Shown here: in pieces, positions 29,109 through 38,965 of the stretch
How positions within the stretch are numbered: position 1 is the stretch's first letter
Layout: each line of letters starts with the position of its first letter
Source: an uncultured delta proteobacterium
GTDB lineage: Bacteria > Desulfobacterota > Syntrophobacteria > BM002
Reading direction: 5' to 3'
NCBI GenBank assembly: GCA_963712115.1
Contig: CAVQGX010000030.1
Span: 32,001 to 96,000, forward strand
Length of the DNA stretch: 64,000 nt
The notes under the pieces: model-generated
Database searches by the model: none
The model's input: only the letters and a program-made list of their open reading frames with translations
What the model was told of the DNA's origin: nothing
Translations under genes and position numbers: made by a program

Positions 29109-29744
29109 TTAAAAGTCAGAAAGGGGCATCTTGGCCAAAGGTTTGAGGTAGGAGGTGTCGTTAAGGAAGGCAATGATCCATTGCCCGTCCCTGTAAATGA
29201 ACAGATTGGTGCTAGCGGTGTCCTGTTGAATGCGCCAGAAGTGACTGTTGTCCAAGCCCAGCATAGCGCAACAGATTACTTTGTTCGGAACCCGGTGGGC
29301 AACCAGGACAAAATTCTCATTTTTATGTTTAGCCAGAAGATCTTCCAAACCCTTCATAGTGCGGGATCGGACCTCATCAAGGCTCTCACCTCCAGGAAAC
29401 TTGATTTTGTGAGGTTCGCGCTGCCACAAAGCGTGGAGTTCTGGATACTTTTTCTTGACCTCTTGGTTTTCCAGTCCCTCCCATTCTCCGTAACTTATAT
29501 CGATTATGGCATCAAAGGGTGTAACCGGGATGTTATGAAACTTCGCTATGTTCTCAGCTGTTTCTATGGATCTGGAAAGGGGGCTGCTGTACACAGCATG
29601 GAGGGTCTCATCTTTGAGTGCTTCACCCGCCAGGTGCACTTCTTGTTTTCCCGTCTCATCTAAGGGGATATCCGCCCGTCCTCGAAAGATTTCACCCACG
29701 TTCCAAGCAGTCTGGCCATGGCGCACCAGGTAGACTTTGGACAC
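29109..29744 (-). CDS. Histidine phosphatase (phosphoglycerate mutase/CobC-like)
   Basis: LVRHGQT, YSSPL.R, GEWEG, PGGES, LVAH. Confidence 0.9.
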   Translation of the reverse strand: MSKVYLVRHGQTAWNVGEIFRGRADIPLDETGKQEVHLAGEALKDETLHAVYSSPLSRSIETAENIAKFHNIPVTPFDAIIDISYGEWEGLENQEVKKKYPELHALWQREPHKIKFPGGESLDEVRSRTMKGLEDLLAKHKNENFVLVAHRVPNKVICCAMLGLDNSHFWRIQQDTASTNLFIYRDGQWIIAFLNDTSYLKPLAKMPLSDF

Positions 29745-29747
29745 TAT

Positions 29748-30788
29748 CTACCCCTCCATTTCTGAAAGATCCTTAATTTGCTGATGCAACTCTTTGGTCT
29801 TTTCCCTCCTGGCTCGATCACGATCTTTTACCAAACGGAGAAGATTCTCCTCCACCGTGACCAGTTCGCCGTCTGTGGGATCTCTATCCTGAAGATGACC
29901 ATCGATAAGAATCCGGTAGCAACGAATCATCTGGCCGATGAGTGAGACAGGGTACTCGCGCCCCTGGACTTTGAGGGTTTGCAAACCTAAATCAATGTAT
30001 TGCTTCAACTCTTGGCCCTGGATGGCGAAGGCCACGTTAGGCTGTCTACGAATTTTTTCATTAATAGCAGATATTTCATTGGCGCTTTTGCCTTTACGGC
30101 GCATCAATTTTTCTCTCTGGACTTCGGTGAGGAGACAAAAGCGAAAACAGCTCCCACTCCTATCGGGCCAGCCCTCATACTCGACTATCTCGTTGCCGTC
30201 CTCATCCTTGTAGACTTTCTTAACGTATGAGTCGTTGGTAATTTCGTGAAACAGGCAGTTACCCACGCCACCGATGCAGCGATTGCCGTGGATTAGCACT
30301 TCGGTGAGGACCCCGGCTTCGTCAGCCTCTTTTTTGAAATAGGCCAATTTGTCCACCGTATTGATTTCGGTGGAGGCCACAACTTGGGAAGCACCAGCTC
30401 CTCGGTAGTACTCCATTTCCTCTCTAGAACGGATATTACAGCCCACACTGGCGTGAATGACCAGTTCAGGGAAGTCGCGCTTGATGAGCCGCATTAGTTC
30501 AGGGGTCTTGGCAATTACCCCCTCTGCACCCCATTGGGCCCACTTGGTTGCCTTGCCTAGTAAACGAAAGAACTTGTTTTCTGGAATATCAGTGTTAATA
30601 GCTACCCGGATCCTTCCACCATAATCGGCAGCAATACTTATTGCTTCTTTAATCTGGCTATCCTCTAATTCCCAGGCGCATTTTCTTCGACTGAATCCCT
30701 TCGCGCCAACATAGACAGCATCAGCACCATTGGCAAAAACTTCTGCCACCATTTCGAGGCTGCCACCGGGTGCCAGCAACTCATTCAT
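29748..30788 (-). CDS. Peptidase U32 family Fe-S protein
   Basis: [29 protein letters not shown].....NC, C...C, LKVQGR. Confidence 0.85.
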   Translation of the reverse strand: MNELLAPGGSLEMVAEVFANGADAVYVGAKGFSRRKCAWELEDSQIKEAISIAADYGGRIRVAINTDIPENKFFRLLGKATKWAQWGAEGVIAKTPELMRLIKRDFPELVIHASVGCNIRSREEMEYYRGAGASQVVASTEINTVDKLAYFKKEADEAGVLTEVLIHGNRCIGGVGNCLFHEITNDSYVKKVYKDEDGNEIVEYEGWPDRSGSCFRFCLLTEVQREKLMRRKGKSANEISAINEKIRRQPNVAFAIQGQELKQYIDLGLQTLKVQGREYPVSLIGQMIRCYRILIDGHLQDRDPTDGELVTVEENLLRLVKDRDRARREKTKELHQQIKDLSEMEG

Positions 30789-30906
30789 CTTGCAAGGTCC
30801 TCCTTAATCCTAAAGTTGCTATATTAGAAGGCGGTGATTAAATCGGAGTAAGGTAGCACCAAACATCCCCCATAGCAACCATTTTGAGCTCGTGATAATT
30901 ATAACA

Positions 30907-30935
30907 ATTCTAAAAAATACTGCAACAACTGTCAA
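30907..30935 (-). promoter_or_regulatory. Sigma70 promoter of U32 operon
   Basis: Minus strand TTGACA, 17 nt, TAGAAT. Confidence 0.65.
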
Positions 30936-31054
30936 AGCATTTTTGTCTTGGGCTTTTACCGGCTCCACCCACAGTTGATATTATAACACGTATAGCATAG
31001 AATTTTTCGGATAGCCCGGCTATTTCTGTCGGCAGCCGTTGGATGAAAAAAGAT

Positions 31055-31091
31055 AAAAAAAAGGAGGCGGCCCTCTTTGAGGACCACCTCC
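31055..31091 (-). terminator. Intrinsic terminator
   Basis: Minus strand GGAGGTGGTCCTC-AAA-GAGGGCCGCCTCC then T run. Confidence 0.75.
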
Positions 31092-31124
31092 GAAGCGAAG
31101 GGTAGAAAGTAGCTTAGGGGCAAT

Positions 31125-31433
31125 TTATTTATTCATTACTGCTGCAAGACTAAGGGTGCCTGCATCGGTTCTGAGAATAAGGGTGCGGTCAACCAACTCC
31201 ACCTCTCTCACATTAACCCACCTGCCGTCAAGCAAGACAGTCATAATCGAACCATTCCTGCTAAGACATATAACTTTATGGGCGGCGAGGGTGTCGGAGA
31301 TTATCTTGCTTTCAGAATGGCTTTCCTTTGCGTAGGCTTTCGCACCAAAAGTACCAAGATGAGGACCGTTCACAAAAAAGCTTAGCATGACTAATAGCAC
31401 AGTAAAAGTGAGCAAGAAGCCATTTGTTTTCAC
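31125..31433 (-). CDS. Small exported hypothetical protein
   Basis: GAGGAG RBS before GTG 31433; hydrophobic N-terminus; bounded by sigma54 promoter and terminator. Confidence 0.65.
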   Translation of the reverse strand: MKTNGFLLTFTVLLVMLSFFVNGPHLGTFGAKAYAKESHSESKIISDTLAAHKVICLSRNGSIMTVLLDGRWVNVREVELVDRTLILRTDAGTLSLAAVMNK

Positions 31434-31468
31434 ATTGCTCTCCTCTTTGATATTTTCCTGATTATCAA

Positions 31469-31483
31469 GCAAGCCACATGCCA
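31469..31483 (-). promoter_or_regulatory. Sigma54 promoter
   Basis: Minus strand TGGCATGTGGCTTGC, GG-N10-GC. Confidence 0.7.
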
Positions 31484-31750
31484 AGGATGTAAAGGAGGGA
31501 TAGTGCCAGCAAAGGTTATACTCAGAGGTGGTCAAATAGTTGGTGAGAAGAAAAAGTCAAGATAAATTGATAAGTTAAGAATGAGGTTAACAGGCTTGTT
31601 CTGGTCTTGGCATTCACTAGAAGGAGGAAAGACCAAACCACTTTGGTGCACAGAGAGATACCAAAGGTATTTTTTTGTGCATCTCAGGAGAAATTGAGAC
31701 CTAATAATTATAATGGGTTTTTGGGATAATTTTCTAATTCTTGTGCAAGG

Positions 31751-32164
31751 TTATTCTACGAATTCTGCTTTGCCGCTCAGCCACATGAAGTAGGTAAGGA
31801 CCTCAACGTCCGGGAAGAGGGATTTGAGCATAGCCCTTGCACTTTTTAGATCGTCTCGATGGATGGCGAGTTCCTCTTCGCTGTCCGGGACATCCTCTAG
31901 ACCATAGGCCCCGCAGTCCTCGTGATTAATGAGGTAGAACCGGCGCACCCCATGGAGATCATATGAGACATTTAGCATTTCCAACAAAAAGTCACGATCT
32001 CTGCTTTGTTTCGGCTGGGCAATGCTCTTTATTGCTCCGGCAACCCGGATGATGTCCGCACCAGCCTCAACAAGTTCTTGTTCAGCGAGGAATTTGGCGA
32101 GTGAATCATGGAGACGAAAATCCATACAATAGACCAGACAAGCCTTGCATTGGTGTGCTCCCAT
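31751..32164 (-). CDS. Small beta-carbonic-anhydrase-like protein
   Basis: CMDFR and NHEDCGAY zinc-binding motifs. Confidence 0.78.
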   Translation of the reverse strand: MGAHQCKACLVYCMDFRLHDSLAKFLAEQELVEAGADIIRVAGAIKSIAQPKQSRDRDFLLEMLNVSYDLHGVRRFYLINHEDCGAYGLEDVPDSEEELAIHRDDLKSARAMLKSLFPDVEVLTYFMWLSGKAEFVE

Positions 32165-32685
32165 TACCCTTAATCCTTTCGTTGGCGAATGTGGTTGAGC
32201 GATATTTTTCCGGGAAAAACCAGAAAAGGAAACAAGTGCTAAAGCTTATACTCGTTATAGGAAGTTCGCTGGAGTTTACCCCAAGTTGACGAAAACATGC
32301 AAGAGTCAAGACTCCAGGAGTTTTCCCAAAAAAGAGTCGATCATTCTTCTTGCCTGTGTTTAAGAGCCGGTTTACCTTGGTGTGTCAATAAAAGTGGTTT
32401 TGCTGATGTCTCTTCTGTTGTTCCCTCCGGGGCTTAGACCCCTACGGGCCGGAGGCCAGAGCTCATCGGCCTGCGCGGAGTCACTTCTAGCCCTGCTGTC
32501 ACCGGAGGCAGACTGCAGGGGTCATCAATTGCTCGTTGCCGAGTAGCTTTCCCGTAGCCTAGGTGACAAAAATATTTTTGGGAAACTTCTGACGATTTAA
32601 AGGTTGAATATTTTTCCAAATGGGGTAAAAGAAACAGTTGACTTTGAGGAGGATTTTAGTTGGCTTTGATAAGGAGTAACTCATA

Positions 32686-33651
32686 ATGCGCATTCTTTCA
32701 GGTATTCAACCTTCAGGCAGCCTGCACATAGGCAACTACTTCGGCATGATGAAACCCATGATAGCCTATCAAGAGGAAAACGAGCTCTATTGCTTTATTG
32801 TGAACTATCACGCCATGACTTCAGTGACAAGCAGAGAACAACTTGCTACGGGGACCATGGAAGCGGCAGTCGACTTCCTTGCCCTCGGATTGGATCCTGA
32901 CAGGGCAATCTTTTGGGTACAATCAGATGTGCCTGAGGTGACCGAGTTGACCTGGATCCTTAACAATGTTACCCCCGTTGGCCTCTTACTCAGGAGCCAT
33001 TCCTACAAAGATAAAATCGCCCAGGGGATATCGCCAAGTCACGGCCTTCTTTCTTATCCGGTACTTATGGCCGCAGATATTCTTCTTTACCAGTCACAGA
33101 AGGTACCAGTGGGGCAAGACCAGCAGCAGCATTTGGAAATTGCACGAGACATCGCCATTAAGTTTAATCATTTGTTCGGGGAGACCTTTGTAATTCCCGA
33201 GGCGGAAATCAATCCCAATATACCTACTGTTTTGGGGATAGACGGCAGGAAGATGAGTAAGTCGTACGACAATACCATTGAAATTTTCGCTGAAGAGCAA
33301 GTGCTACGAACAAAAATTGCCTCCATAGTGACCGATTCCAGCCCTGTGGCCGCACCCAAGGACCCGGACAAATGTAACCTCTTCGCCATTGTCTCCTTGT
33401 TTCTAACTGAGGGGGAAAAGGCTGAGCTAGCGGACCGGTATCGTCGTGGGGGTCTAAAATATAGTGATATCAAGGAAAAACTTTTCAGTTTGATTTGGGA
33501 TTTTTTTGCAGAGGCCCGTAGCAAGCGTGAGCGATTGCAGCGCAATCCTGACCAGATTCGTGACATCTTGAAAGCCGGCGCTGAGAAAGCCAGGAGAAAG
33601 GGTCTTCCAACCCTAGAGATGGTAAGAAAGAAGGTAGGACTGGCTTACTAA
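32686..33651 (+). CDS. trpS: Tryptophanyl-tRNA synthetase
   Basis: SGIQPSG.LHIGNY, YPVLMAADIL, VPVG.DQ.QH.E, KMSKS. Confidence 0.97.
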   Translation: MRILSGIQPSGSLHIGNYFGMMKPMIAYQEENELYCFIVNYHAMTSVTSREQLATGTMEAAVDFLALGLDPDRAIFWVQSDVPEVTELTWILNNVTPVGLLLRSHSYKDKIAQGISPSHGLLSYPVLMAADILLYQSQKVPVGQDQQQHLEIARDIAIKFNHLFGETFVIPEAEINPNIPTVLGIDGRKMSKSYDNTIEIFAEEQVLRTKIASIVTDSSPVAAPKDPDKCNLFAIVSLFLTEGEKAELADRYRRGGLKYSDIKEKLFSLIWDFFAEARSKRERLQRNPDQIRDILKAGAEKARRKGLPTLEMVRKKVGLAY

Positions 33652-33689
33652 GGAATAAAATATGAAGGGATAAACTGTTTCAGCCGATA

Positions 33690-34463
33690 TTACTCATCTT
33701 CAAGTTGATTTATATCCTCTACCATGCGCTTTGTATGCCAATCAATCTGACGGCAGATGCCGCGAATTATCTTAACATCCCGCGCTTGAAGTCCCACCCT
33801 GGAAAAGAAACGTCGGATGTTTTGCATCCAGTAGTCCGGGTTTTCCGTATTGATAAAGTTGATCTTGAGAAAGGTCTCCTTTAACTGTTCATACATGCCG
33901 TCGAGCTCCCGCCGGGTTGCCAGCCGTGGGACGAACTGCTCAACCGGTTGGTTTCCTGCCAGCCTGAGTTCATAGCAGAGGATCATAACTGCCTGTGCCA
34001 GATTCAGCGAGGAAAAGGTTGAAGTGGGAATTGTAACCAGGGAGTGACAATAGCGTAGTTGAGCGTTGGTGAGCCCCCGATCCTCGGGACCGAATAGCAA
34101 GGCAACCCTGTTGTTGTGGCAGATTGGTACCAACTCTGATGCTATTTCCCGAGGGGTTTCCAATTGCCTCCGGTGCCCTCCGGTACGAGCCGTGGTTCCA
34201 ACCACGTAATTGAAGGATTGCAGGGCGGTGCGCAGATCTGAAAACAGCTCCATATTTTCCACTAGGTCGGCCACCGAAAGAGTCGCCACTTTAAGTATTC
34301 GAGTAAGGTCACAATTCTTCGGAGAAACCAGTATTAGCCGGGAGATCCCCATGTTAGCGGCTGCCCGCGCTACAGCTCCTATATTTTCAGGGATTTGCGG
34401 GCGATGCAACACAATCGCTATCTGGTCTAAGTAAGATGTAGAGTCTTTCATGGATCGCCTCAT
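33690..34463 (-). CDS. trmJ: SPOUT tRNA methyltransferase (TrmJ/TrmH family)
   Basis: PENIGAVARAAANMG, VGTTAR, LFGPEDRGLTN, SLNLAQAV. Confidence 0.85.
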   Translation of the reverse strand: MRRSMKDSTSYLDQIAIVLHRPQIPENIGAVARAAANMGISRLILVSPKNCDLTRILKVATLSVADLVENMELFSDLRTALQSFNYVVGTTARTGGHRRQLETPREIASELVPICHNNRVALLFGPEDRGLTNAQLRYCHSLVTIPTSTFSSLNLAQAVMILCYELRLAGNQPVEQFVPRLATRRELDGMYEQLKETFLKINFINTENPDYWMQNIRRFFSRVGLQARDVKIIRGICRQIDWHTKRMVEDINQLEDE

Positions 34464-34596
34464 TGTAAGTACAGGTTAGCTCAGGGTAGTATACCTCAGC
34501 TTCACCTTTGTTTTAAAGCCGTCAGCCGAGCTTAGTGGGAAGTGAGATGCTGTGGAACTTCCATGGGCAGAAGACAGCTGGCAGCAGGTACAACTT

Positions 34597-34658
34597 AGAG
34601 GTCAGAGATCAGATGTCGGAGGTCAGGGTTAAAGCTGATCTCTGACTTCTGACCTCTG
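34597..34658. repeat. Heptamer palindrome family A copy
   Basis: Near-identical to 11015-11082; includes GATCTCTGACTTCT (34637-34650). Confidence 0.85.
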
Positions 34659-34808
34659 TGATGGACGCCTTCAACTTGGAGACCTTGTTGACATGAATCA
34701 GACCTCCCTATTAGAATAGGATCGATTCATCAGCGCTGAAAATAAATGTTACTTATCTCGCCTCGCTCCTAGCCTGCCCTCAAAGACACGAAAGGTTGCG
34801 CTGACAAG

Positions 34809-36338
34809 ATGGCTCTCCGATTTCTATTTGTTGTCACCCTGGCCGTCTCATTTGTATTGTTCACCAGCTCCAACACTCCTGACGCGGCCGCCATGGAGGG
34901 TAATACTATGCCGTTGGAACAAACCCGTGAGTCGGTGATTGCCGGGTCGTGGTATCCGGGGAATGCCTCTCTTCTGCAGCAAGAAGTCCAGGCCTATCTG
35001 AGCCAGGCTTCGGTTGCGGATTTCAAAGGGCAACTGATCGCACTCATATCGCCCCATGCTGGTTACCGCTATTCTGGACAGGTTGCTGCCTATGCTTACA
35101 AGACCTTGGAAATGCACAAATTCGATACTGTAGTGGTAATTGCTCCTAGCCATCGGGCCTACTTTAAGGGCGTATCAGTGTATGACCGAGGGGGCTACCG
35201 CACGCCACTTGGAGTGGTGCCACTAGACAGGGAATTGGTGGCAGCACTCAAACAACGAGAAAGTAGAATTAGCTATGTTGCCAAGGCCCATAGCCAGGAA
35301 CATTCCCTTGAGATCCAGCTTCCCTTTCTTCAGGTTGTCATGCCTGAAAGCAAACTTGTTCCTCTTGTAATGGGGGATCAGAGTTTTGACACCTGTCAGT
35401 GGTTAGCCCAAGCGCTGGCGCACTGCATCAGGGACAAATCGGTGGTAGTGGTAGCCAGTTCTGATCTGTCCCATTTCCATCCTTACAACGAGGCAAAAAT
35501 ACTGGATCAGGTGGTGGTCGACAGGGTAAATGAATTCGATCCGCGGGGGCTTAGCAATGATCTTGCCGGGGGCAAATGTGAGGCCTGCGGTGGCGGTCCT
35601 ATGGTTACTGCCATGCTGCTTGCCCGTGAGTTAGGGGCAAATAAGAGCCGCGTGTTGCACTACGCCAATTCTGGCGACGTTACTGGTGATCACAGCGGCG
35701 TGGTGGGATACATGGCTGCTGCCTTGTGGGCGAATCCTAAGAAAGCCAGAGGGCAGAAGCAGGGAGATCAACGGGTTGGTGTGGATTTGGGGCTCACCTC
35801 AGGGGAGAAAGTGCAGCTGTTGAAAATTGCTCGAGATGTTGTGGAGACCTACTGCCGGGGCGGGAAGCCCCCTAAACTCGAGGTTGACTCTCCCACTCTG
35901 AATGAGCCAAGGGGTGCATTTGTGACCCTCCACAAGGATGGAAAGCTCAGGGGGTGCATAGGTCACATACGGGCGCGAAAACCTTTGATTGAAACCATTG
36001 TCGAGATGGCAGAGGCCGCTGCCTTCCAGGATCCCCGTTTCCCCCCCGTAACTTCAGAGGAATTAGGCCAGCTGGAATATGAGATCTCTGTTCTCACCCC
36101 ACTTCGACGAATAAAAGATGTGGAAGAAATACAAGTTGGCATACACGGAATCTATATGAAACGTGGGGTCTCAAGTGGACTGCTACTGCCGCAAGTGGCA
36201 ACTGAATGGGGCTGGGACCGTACCACTTTTTTGAAGCACACCTGCACCAAGGCCGGCTTGCCGGAGGATGCCTGGAAGGATAAGAAAACAGAGATCTATA
36301 TCTTCTCTGCTGATGTGTTCTCTCCAGATGATCTGTAA
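34809..36338 (+). CDS. AmmeMemoRadiSam protein B (Memo) fused to protein A (AMMECR1)
   Basis: AGSWYP, PHAGYRYSG, EHSLEIQLPFLQ, SSDLSH, ACG; then GAFVTL, LRGCIG, DPRFPP, LLPQV. Alternative start at 34908. Confidence 0.92.
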   Translation: MALRFLFVVTLAVSFVLFTSSNTPDAAAMEGNTMPLEQTRESVIAGSWYPGNASLLQQEVQAYLSQASVADFKGQLIALISPHAGYRYSGQVAAYAYKTLEMHKFDTVVVIAPSHRAYFKGVSVYDRGGYRTPLGVVPLDRELVAALKQRESRISYVAKAHSQEHSLEIQLPFLQVVMPESKLVPLVMGDQSFDTCQWLAQALAHCIRDKSVVVVASSDLSHFHPYNEAKILDQVVVDRVNEFDPRGLSNDLAGGKCEACGGGPMVTAMLLARELGANKSRVLHYANSGDVTGDHSGVVGYMAAALWANPKKARGQKQGDQRVGVDLGLTSGEKVQLLKIARDVVETYCRGGKPPKLEVDSPTLNEPRGAFVTLHKDGKLRGCIGHIRARKPLIETIVEMAEAAAFQDPRFPPVTSEELGQLEYEISVLTPLRRIKDVEEIQVGIHGIYMKRGVSSGLLLPQVATEWGWDRTTFLKHTCTKAGLPEDAWKDKKTEIYIFSADVFSPDDL

Positions 36339-36410
36339 GCAGAGGTCAAAGGTGAGAGGACAGAAAACAGCTGGCAAGAGGCAGAAGGCAGCCGGCAGCA
36401 GGTAGAACTT

Positions 36411-36479
36411 AGAGGTCAGAGATCAGATGTCTGAGGTCAGGTTTAAAGCTGATCTCTGATCTCCGACTTCTGATCTCTG
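36411..36479. repeat. Heptamer palindrome family A copy
   Basis: AGAGGTCAGAGATCAGATGTCTGAGGTCAG..CTGATCTCTGATCTCCGACTTCTGATCTCTG; 9-mer repeats follow. Confidence 0.85.
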
Positions 36480-36535
36480 TGATGGACGCCCTCAACGACT
36501 TGAACGATTTCAAGGGTTTCAACGGTTTTAAACAA

Positions 36536-37699
36536 ATGAAAGAAAGGATTAGTAGGCGAGATTTTTTGAAAAAATGCGGCCGCTGCGCCCTCCTAAGTTT
36601 GACCCTGGAGTCCGCTGTCTTAATAGCCACGACCTCCCATTCGCAGGCTTTGGGGTTAAAGAAAGGTTACCTGGGCCGCAAGCTTTCGCCTTTTTTCACT
36701 CCCCTCGAAGACGGTAGCGTGCGCTGCGAGCTTTGCCCCCACCTCTGCGAAGTGGAAGAGGGAGAAAGGGGTTATTGTGAAGTGCGGGAAAACATTGGTG
36801 GTCGTTACTATTCACTAGTCTACGGTAACCCCTGTGCAGTGCATGTGGATCCCATAGAAAAGAAGCCATTTTATCATGTCCTTCCCACCAGTCGGTCTTT
36901 CTCCATTGCCACCGCGGGATGCAATTTCGATTGCAAATTTTGTCAAAACTGGGAAATCTCACAAGCCCGGCCGGACGACACCCACAATTACGACCTGCCC
37001 CCTGAACAGGCGGTGGAGTTGGCCTTACAGTATAAATGCCAATCAATCGCCTCCACCTATGTAGAGCCCACAATCTTTACCGAATACATGATCGACATTG
37101 GTATGCTTGCTCAGAAGCATGGGGTTTTGAAGGTCATGCATTCCAACGGGTACATCAACTGGGCCCCTCTTCAGGAACTAGGTAAGTATCTGAACGCTGC
37201 CTGCATTGACCTGAAGGGTTTTAGTGAGTCCTACTATCGAAATCTTACCGAGGGATCTCTTGAGCCCGTTCTGGAGACACTTAAACGGCTGAAGAATTTG
37301 GGTATCCACACTGAAATTGTCAATTTGGTAATTCCGGGAAAGAATGATGATATGGAAGAGGTGGCTGCCATGTGCAGGTGGATCAAAAAAGAACTGGGGC
37401 CAGATGTGCCGCTGCACTTCAGTCGGTTTTATCCCCTCTACAAACTGAAGAGTTTGCCGCCAACCCCGGTATCTACGCTGGAGCGGGCTCGTGACACGGC
37501 CCTCAAGGAGGGCCTCTATTTTGTCTACATTGGAAATGTGCCCGGTCATCCTGGCGAACACACTGATTGTCCCCGATGCAAAACCAGGATTATTCAGCGC
37601 TGGGGATACAAGGTTCAGGTGTTACATTTAAAAAAAGACCGCTGTGACCAGTGCGGTCAGCCAATACCCGGGATTTGGCAACTTCCTCAGAAGACGTAG
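36536..37699 (+). CDS. AmmeMemoRadiSam radical SAM enzyme with Tat-like leader
   Basis: SRRDFLK leader; CELCPH.C, DPIEKKP, CNFDCKFCQNWEISQ, LHFSRF.P, VYIGN, CPRC..CDQC. Confidence 0.92.
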   Translation: MKERISRRDFLKKCGRCALLSLTLESAVLIATTSHSQALGLKKGYLGRKLSPFFTPLEDGSVRCELCPHLCEVEEGERGYCEVRENIGGRYYSLVYGNPCAVHVDPIEKKPFYHVLPTSRSFSIATAGCNFDCKFCQNWEISQARPDDTHNYDLPPEQAVELALQYKCQSIASTYVEPTIFTEYMIDIGMLAQKHGVLKVMHSNGYINWAPLQELGKYLNAACIDLKGFSESYYRNLTEGSLEPVLETLKRLKNLGIHTEIVNLVIPGKNDDMEEVAAMCRWIKKELGPDVPLHFSRFYPLYKLKSLPPTPVSTLERARDTALKEGLYFVYIGNVPGHPGEHTDCPRCKTRIIQRWGYKVQVLHLKKDRCDQCGQPIPGIWQLPQKT

Positions 37700-37727
37700 T
37701 TTCTCAACTGCCAAATAGCCCGGCTAC

Positions 37728-38705
37728 CTAGTCTACTCCTTGAAAGAATTCTTTGGCCAGGTCAGTTGCAGTCGCCAGGGAATCCGCATTGTGGACCAGA
37801 CTCCATAGGGTGTGACCAAAGGCATAGTTTTGGGAGAAGTAAAAAGTAAACCGCTTGAGGAGAGGAAGGGTATATTCAGGTTCCATTGAGTTTTCCAAGA
37901 GTGAAATAAAACGGTTAAAGGCCTCGACCGGATCTGGACATTTGTTGTGGTAAAGCTCAGGTGAGAGCAAATTGGCTATTTGGTGGAAGAGCCATGGGCT
38001 CTGGACCGCAGCGCGGCCAATCATAACCCCGTCGCACCCAGTAAACTCGAACATGCGCATGGCAGCCTGGGGTGAATTGACGTCGCCGTTTCCGATAACA
38101 GGTATATCCAGAAGTTCTTTTATCCTGCCAATATACTCCCAGCGAGCCGGCCTCTTGAGCCTATCCTGCTTCAGCCGTGGGTGTACACAAACCGCATCCA
38201 CCCCATTGTCCTGAAGCATGAAACAAAAATCCCGCAGCCCGTTCCAGTTCAATGTCCAACCCAAACGGATTTTTGCGGTGAGCGGCAGGTCAGTGGCTTT
38301 GCGGCTAGCTCTGACTATGGCTTGTGCCCGCTTTGGCTCTTTCATCAAGGCGATGCCGCCTCCGCGTTTGGCTATCAATGCGGTGGTGCATCCCATGTTC
38401 AGATCGATGCCATCTCCGCCGCAGGACTCGACCTTTTCTATGGCAGCTGGCAGTTCCTCGGGGTGGGATACCAGTAATTGGTAAGTAATTGGCCGTTGTT
38501 GAGCGGTGCTCCGCAGCCAGGGCGATGAATCGGGCGCCTCTGAGGGAAGAGCTCGGGCGCTAAGCATTTCGGTGTAGAAGAGACCGCAACCACCTAATTC
38601 AGCCACTAGCTGTCGCAAAACAGTGTGAGTAAGCCCACTCATGGGAGCTAGCATCAGAGGTGGATCCACTTTGAGGTTTTTGATGTAAAAAGATTTTGCT
38701 TGCAT
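37728..38705 (-). CDS. tRNA-dihydrouridine synthase family protein
   Basis: LAPMSG, IDLNMGC, KIRLGW, VHPR, IGNGDV, DGVMIGRAA. Confidence 0.9.
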   Translation of the reverse strand: MQAKSFYIKNLKVDPPLMLAPMSGLTHTVLRQLVAELGGCGLFYTEMLSARALPSEAPDSSPWLRSTAQQRPITYQLLVSHPEELPAAIEKVESCGGDGIDLNMGCTTALIAKRGGGIALMKEPKRAQAIVRASRKATDLPLTAKIRLGWTLNWNGLRDFCFMLQDNGVDAVCVHPRLKQDRLKRPARWEYIGRIKELLDIPVIGNGDVNSPQAAMRMFEFTGCDGVMIGRAAVQSPWLFHQIANLLSPELYHNKCPDPVEAFNRFISLLENSMEPEYTLPLLKRFTFYFSQNYAFGHTLWSLVHNADSLATATDLAKEFFQGVD

Positions 38706-38775
38706 CGAGCTTTATCCAGCCAATTATCGGCTGTTTTCTGGTATTATCGTCCCTACGGCGCTTCACCGATAAAAT

Positions 38776-38893
38776 GGCGAGACGGGCGAGACGGGCGAGA
38801 CGGGCGAGGCGGGGGAAACGGTATCAAACTATTGTCTAAAGTATCCACGCTATTTTCTCTCGTCTCGCTCGACCTCTCGACCTCACGTCTCGT
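38776..38893. repeat. 9-bp tandem repeat (GGCGAGACG x3-4) with degenerate inverted arm
   Basis: GGCGAGACG GGCGAGACG GGCGAGACG GGCGAGGCG ... CTCGTCTCGCTCGACCTCTCGACCTCACGTCTCG. Confidence 0.7.
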
Positions 38894-38965
38894 ATGGCAA
38901 AACGCTTCGTGTTTTGCCATAATAGTTTAAGTAGTAACCAACCAAGAGTAAAGAGTGAGGTGTAT

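Noticed and set aside
28863-29663. 266-aa plus-strand ORF
   Set aside because: Antisense to the histidine phosphatase and begins within a repeat.
32400-32680. T-box or riboswitch upstream of trpS
   Set aside because: No T-box consensus or terminator seen; only a small CCTCCGG...CCGGAGG palindrome.
38776-38893. Possible CRISPR array
   Set aside because: 9-bp units without spacers; no cas genes in the window.
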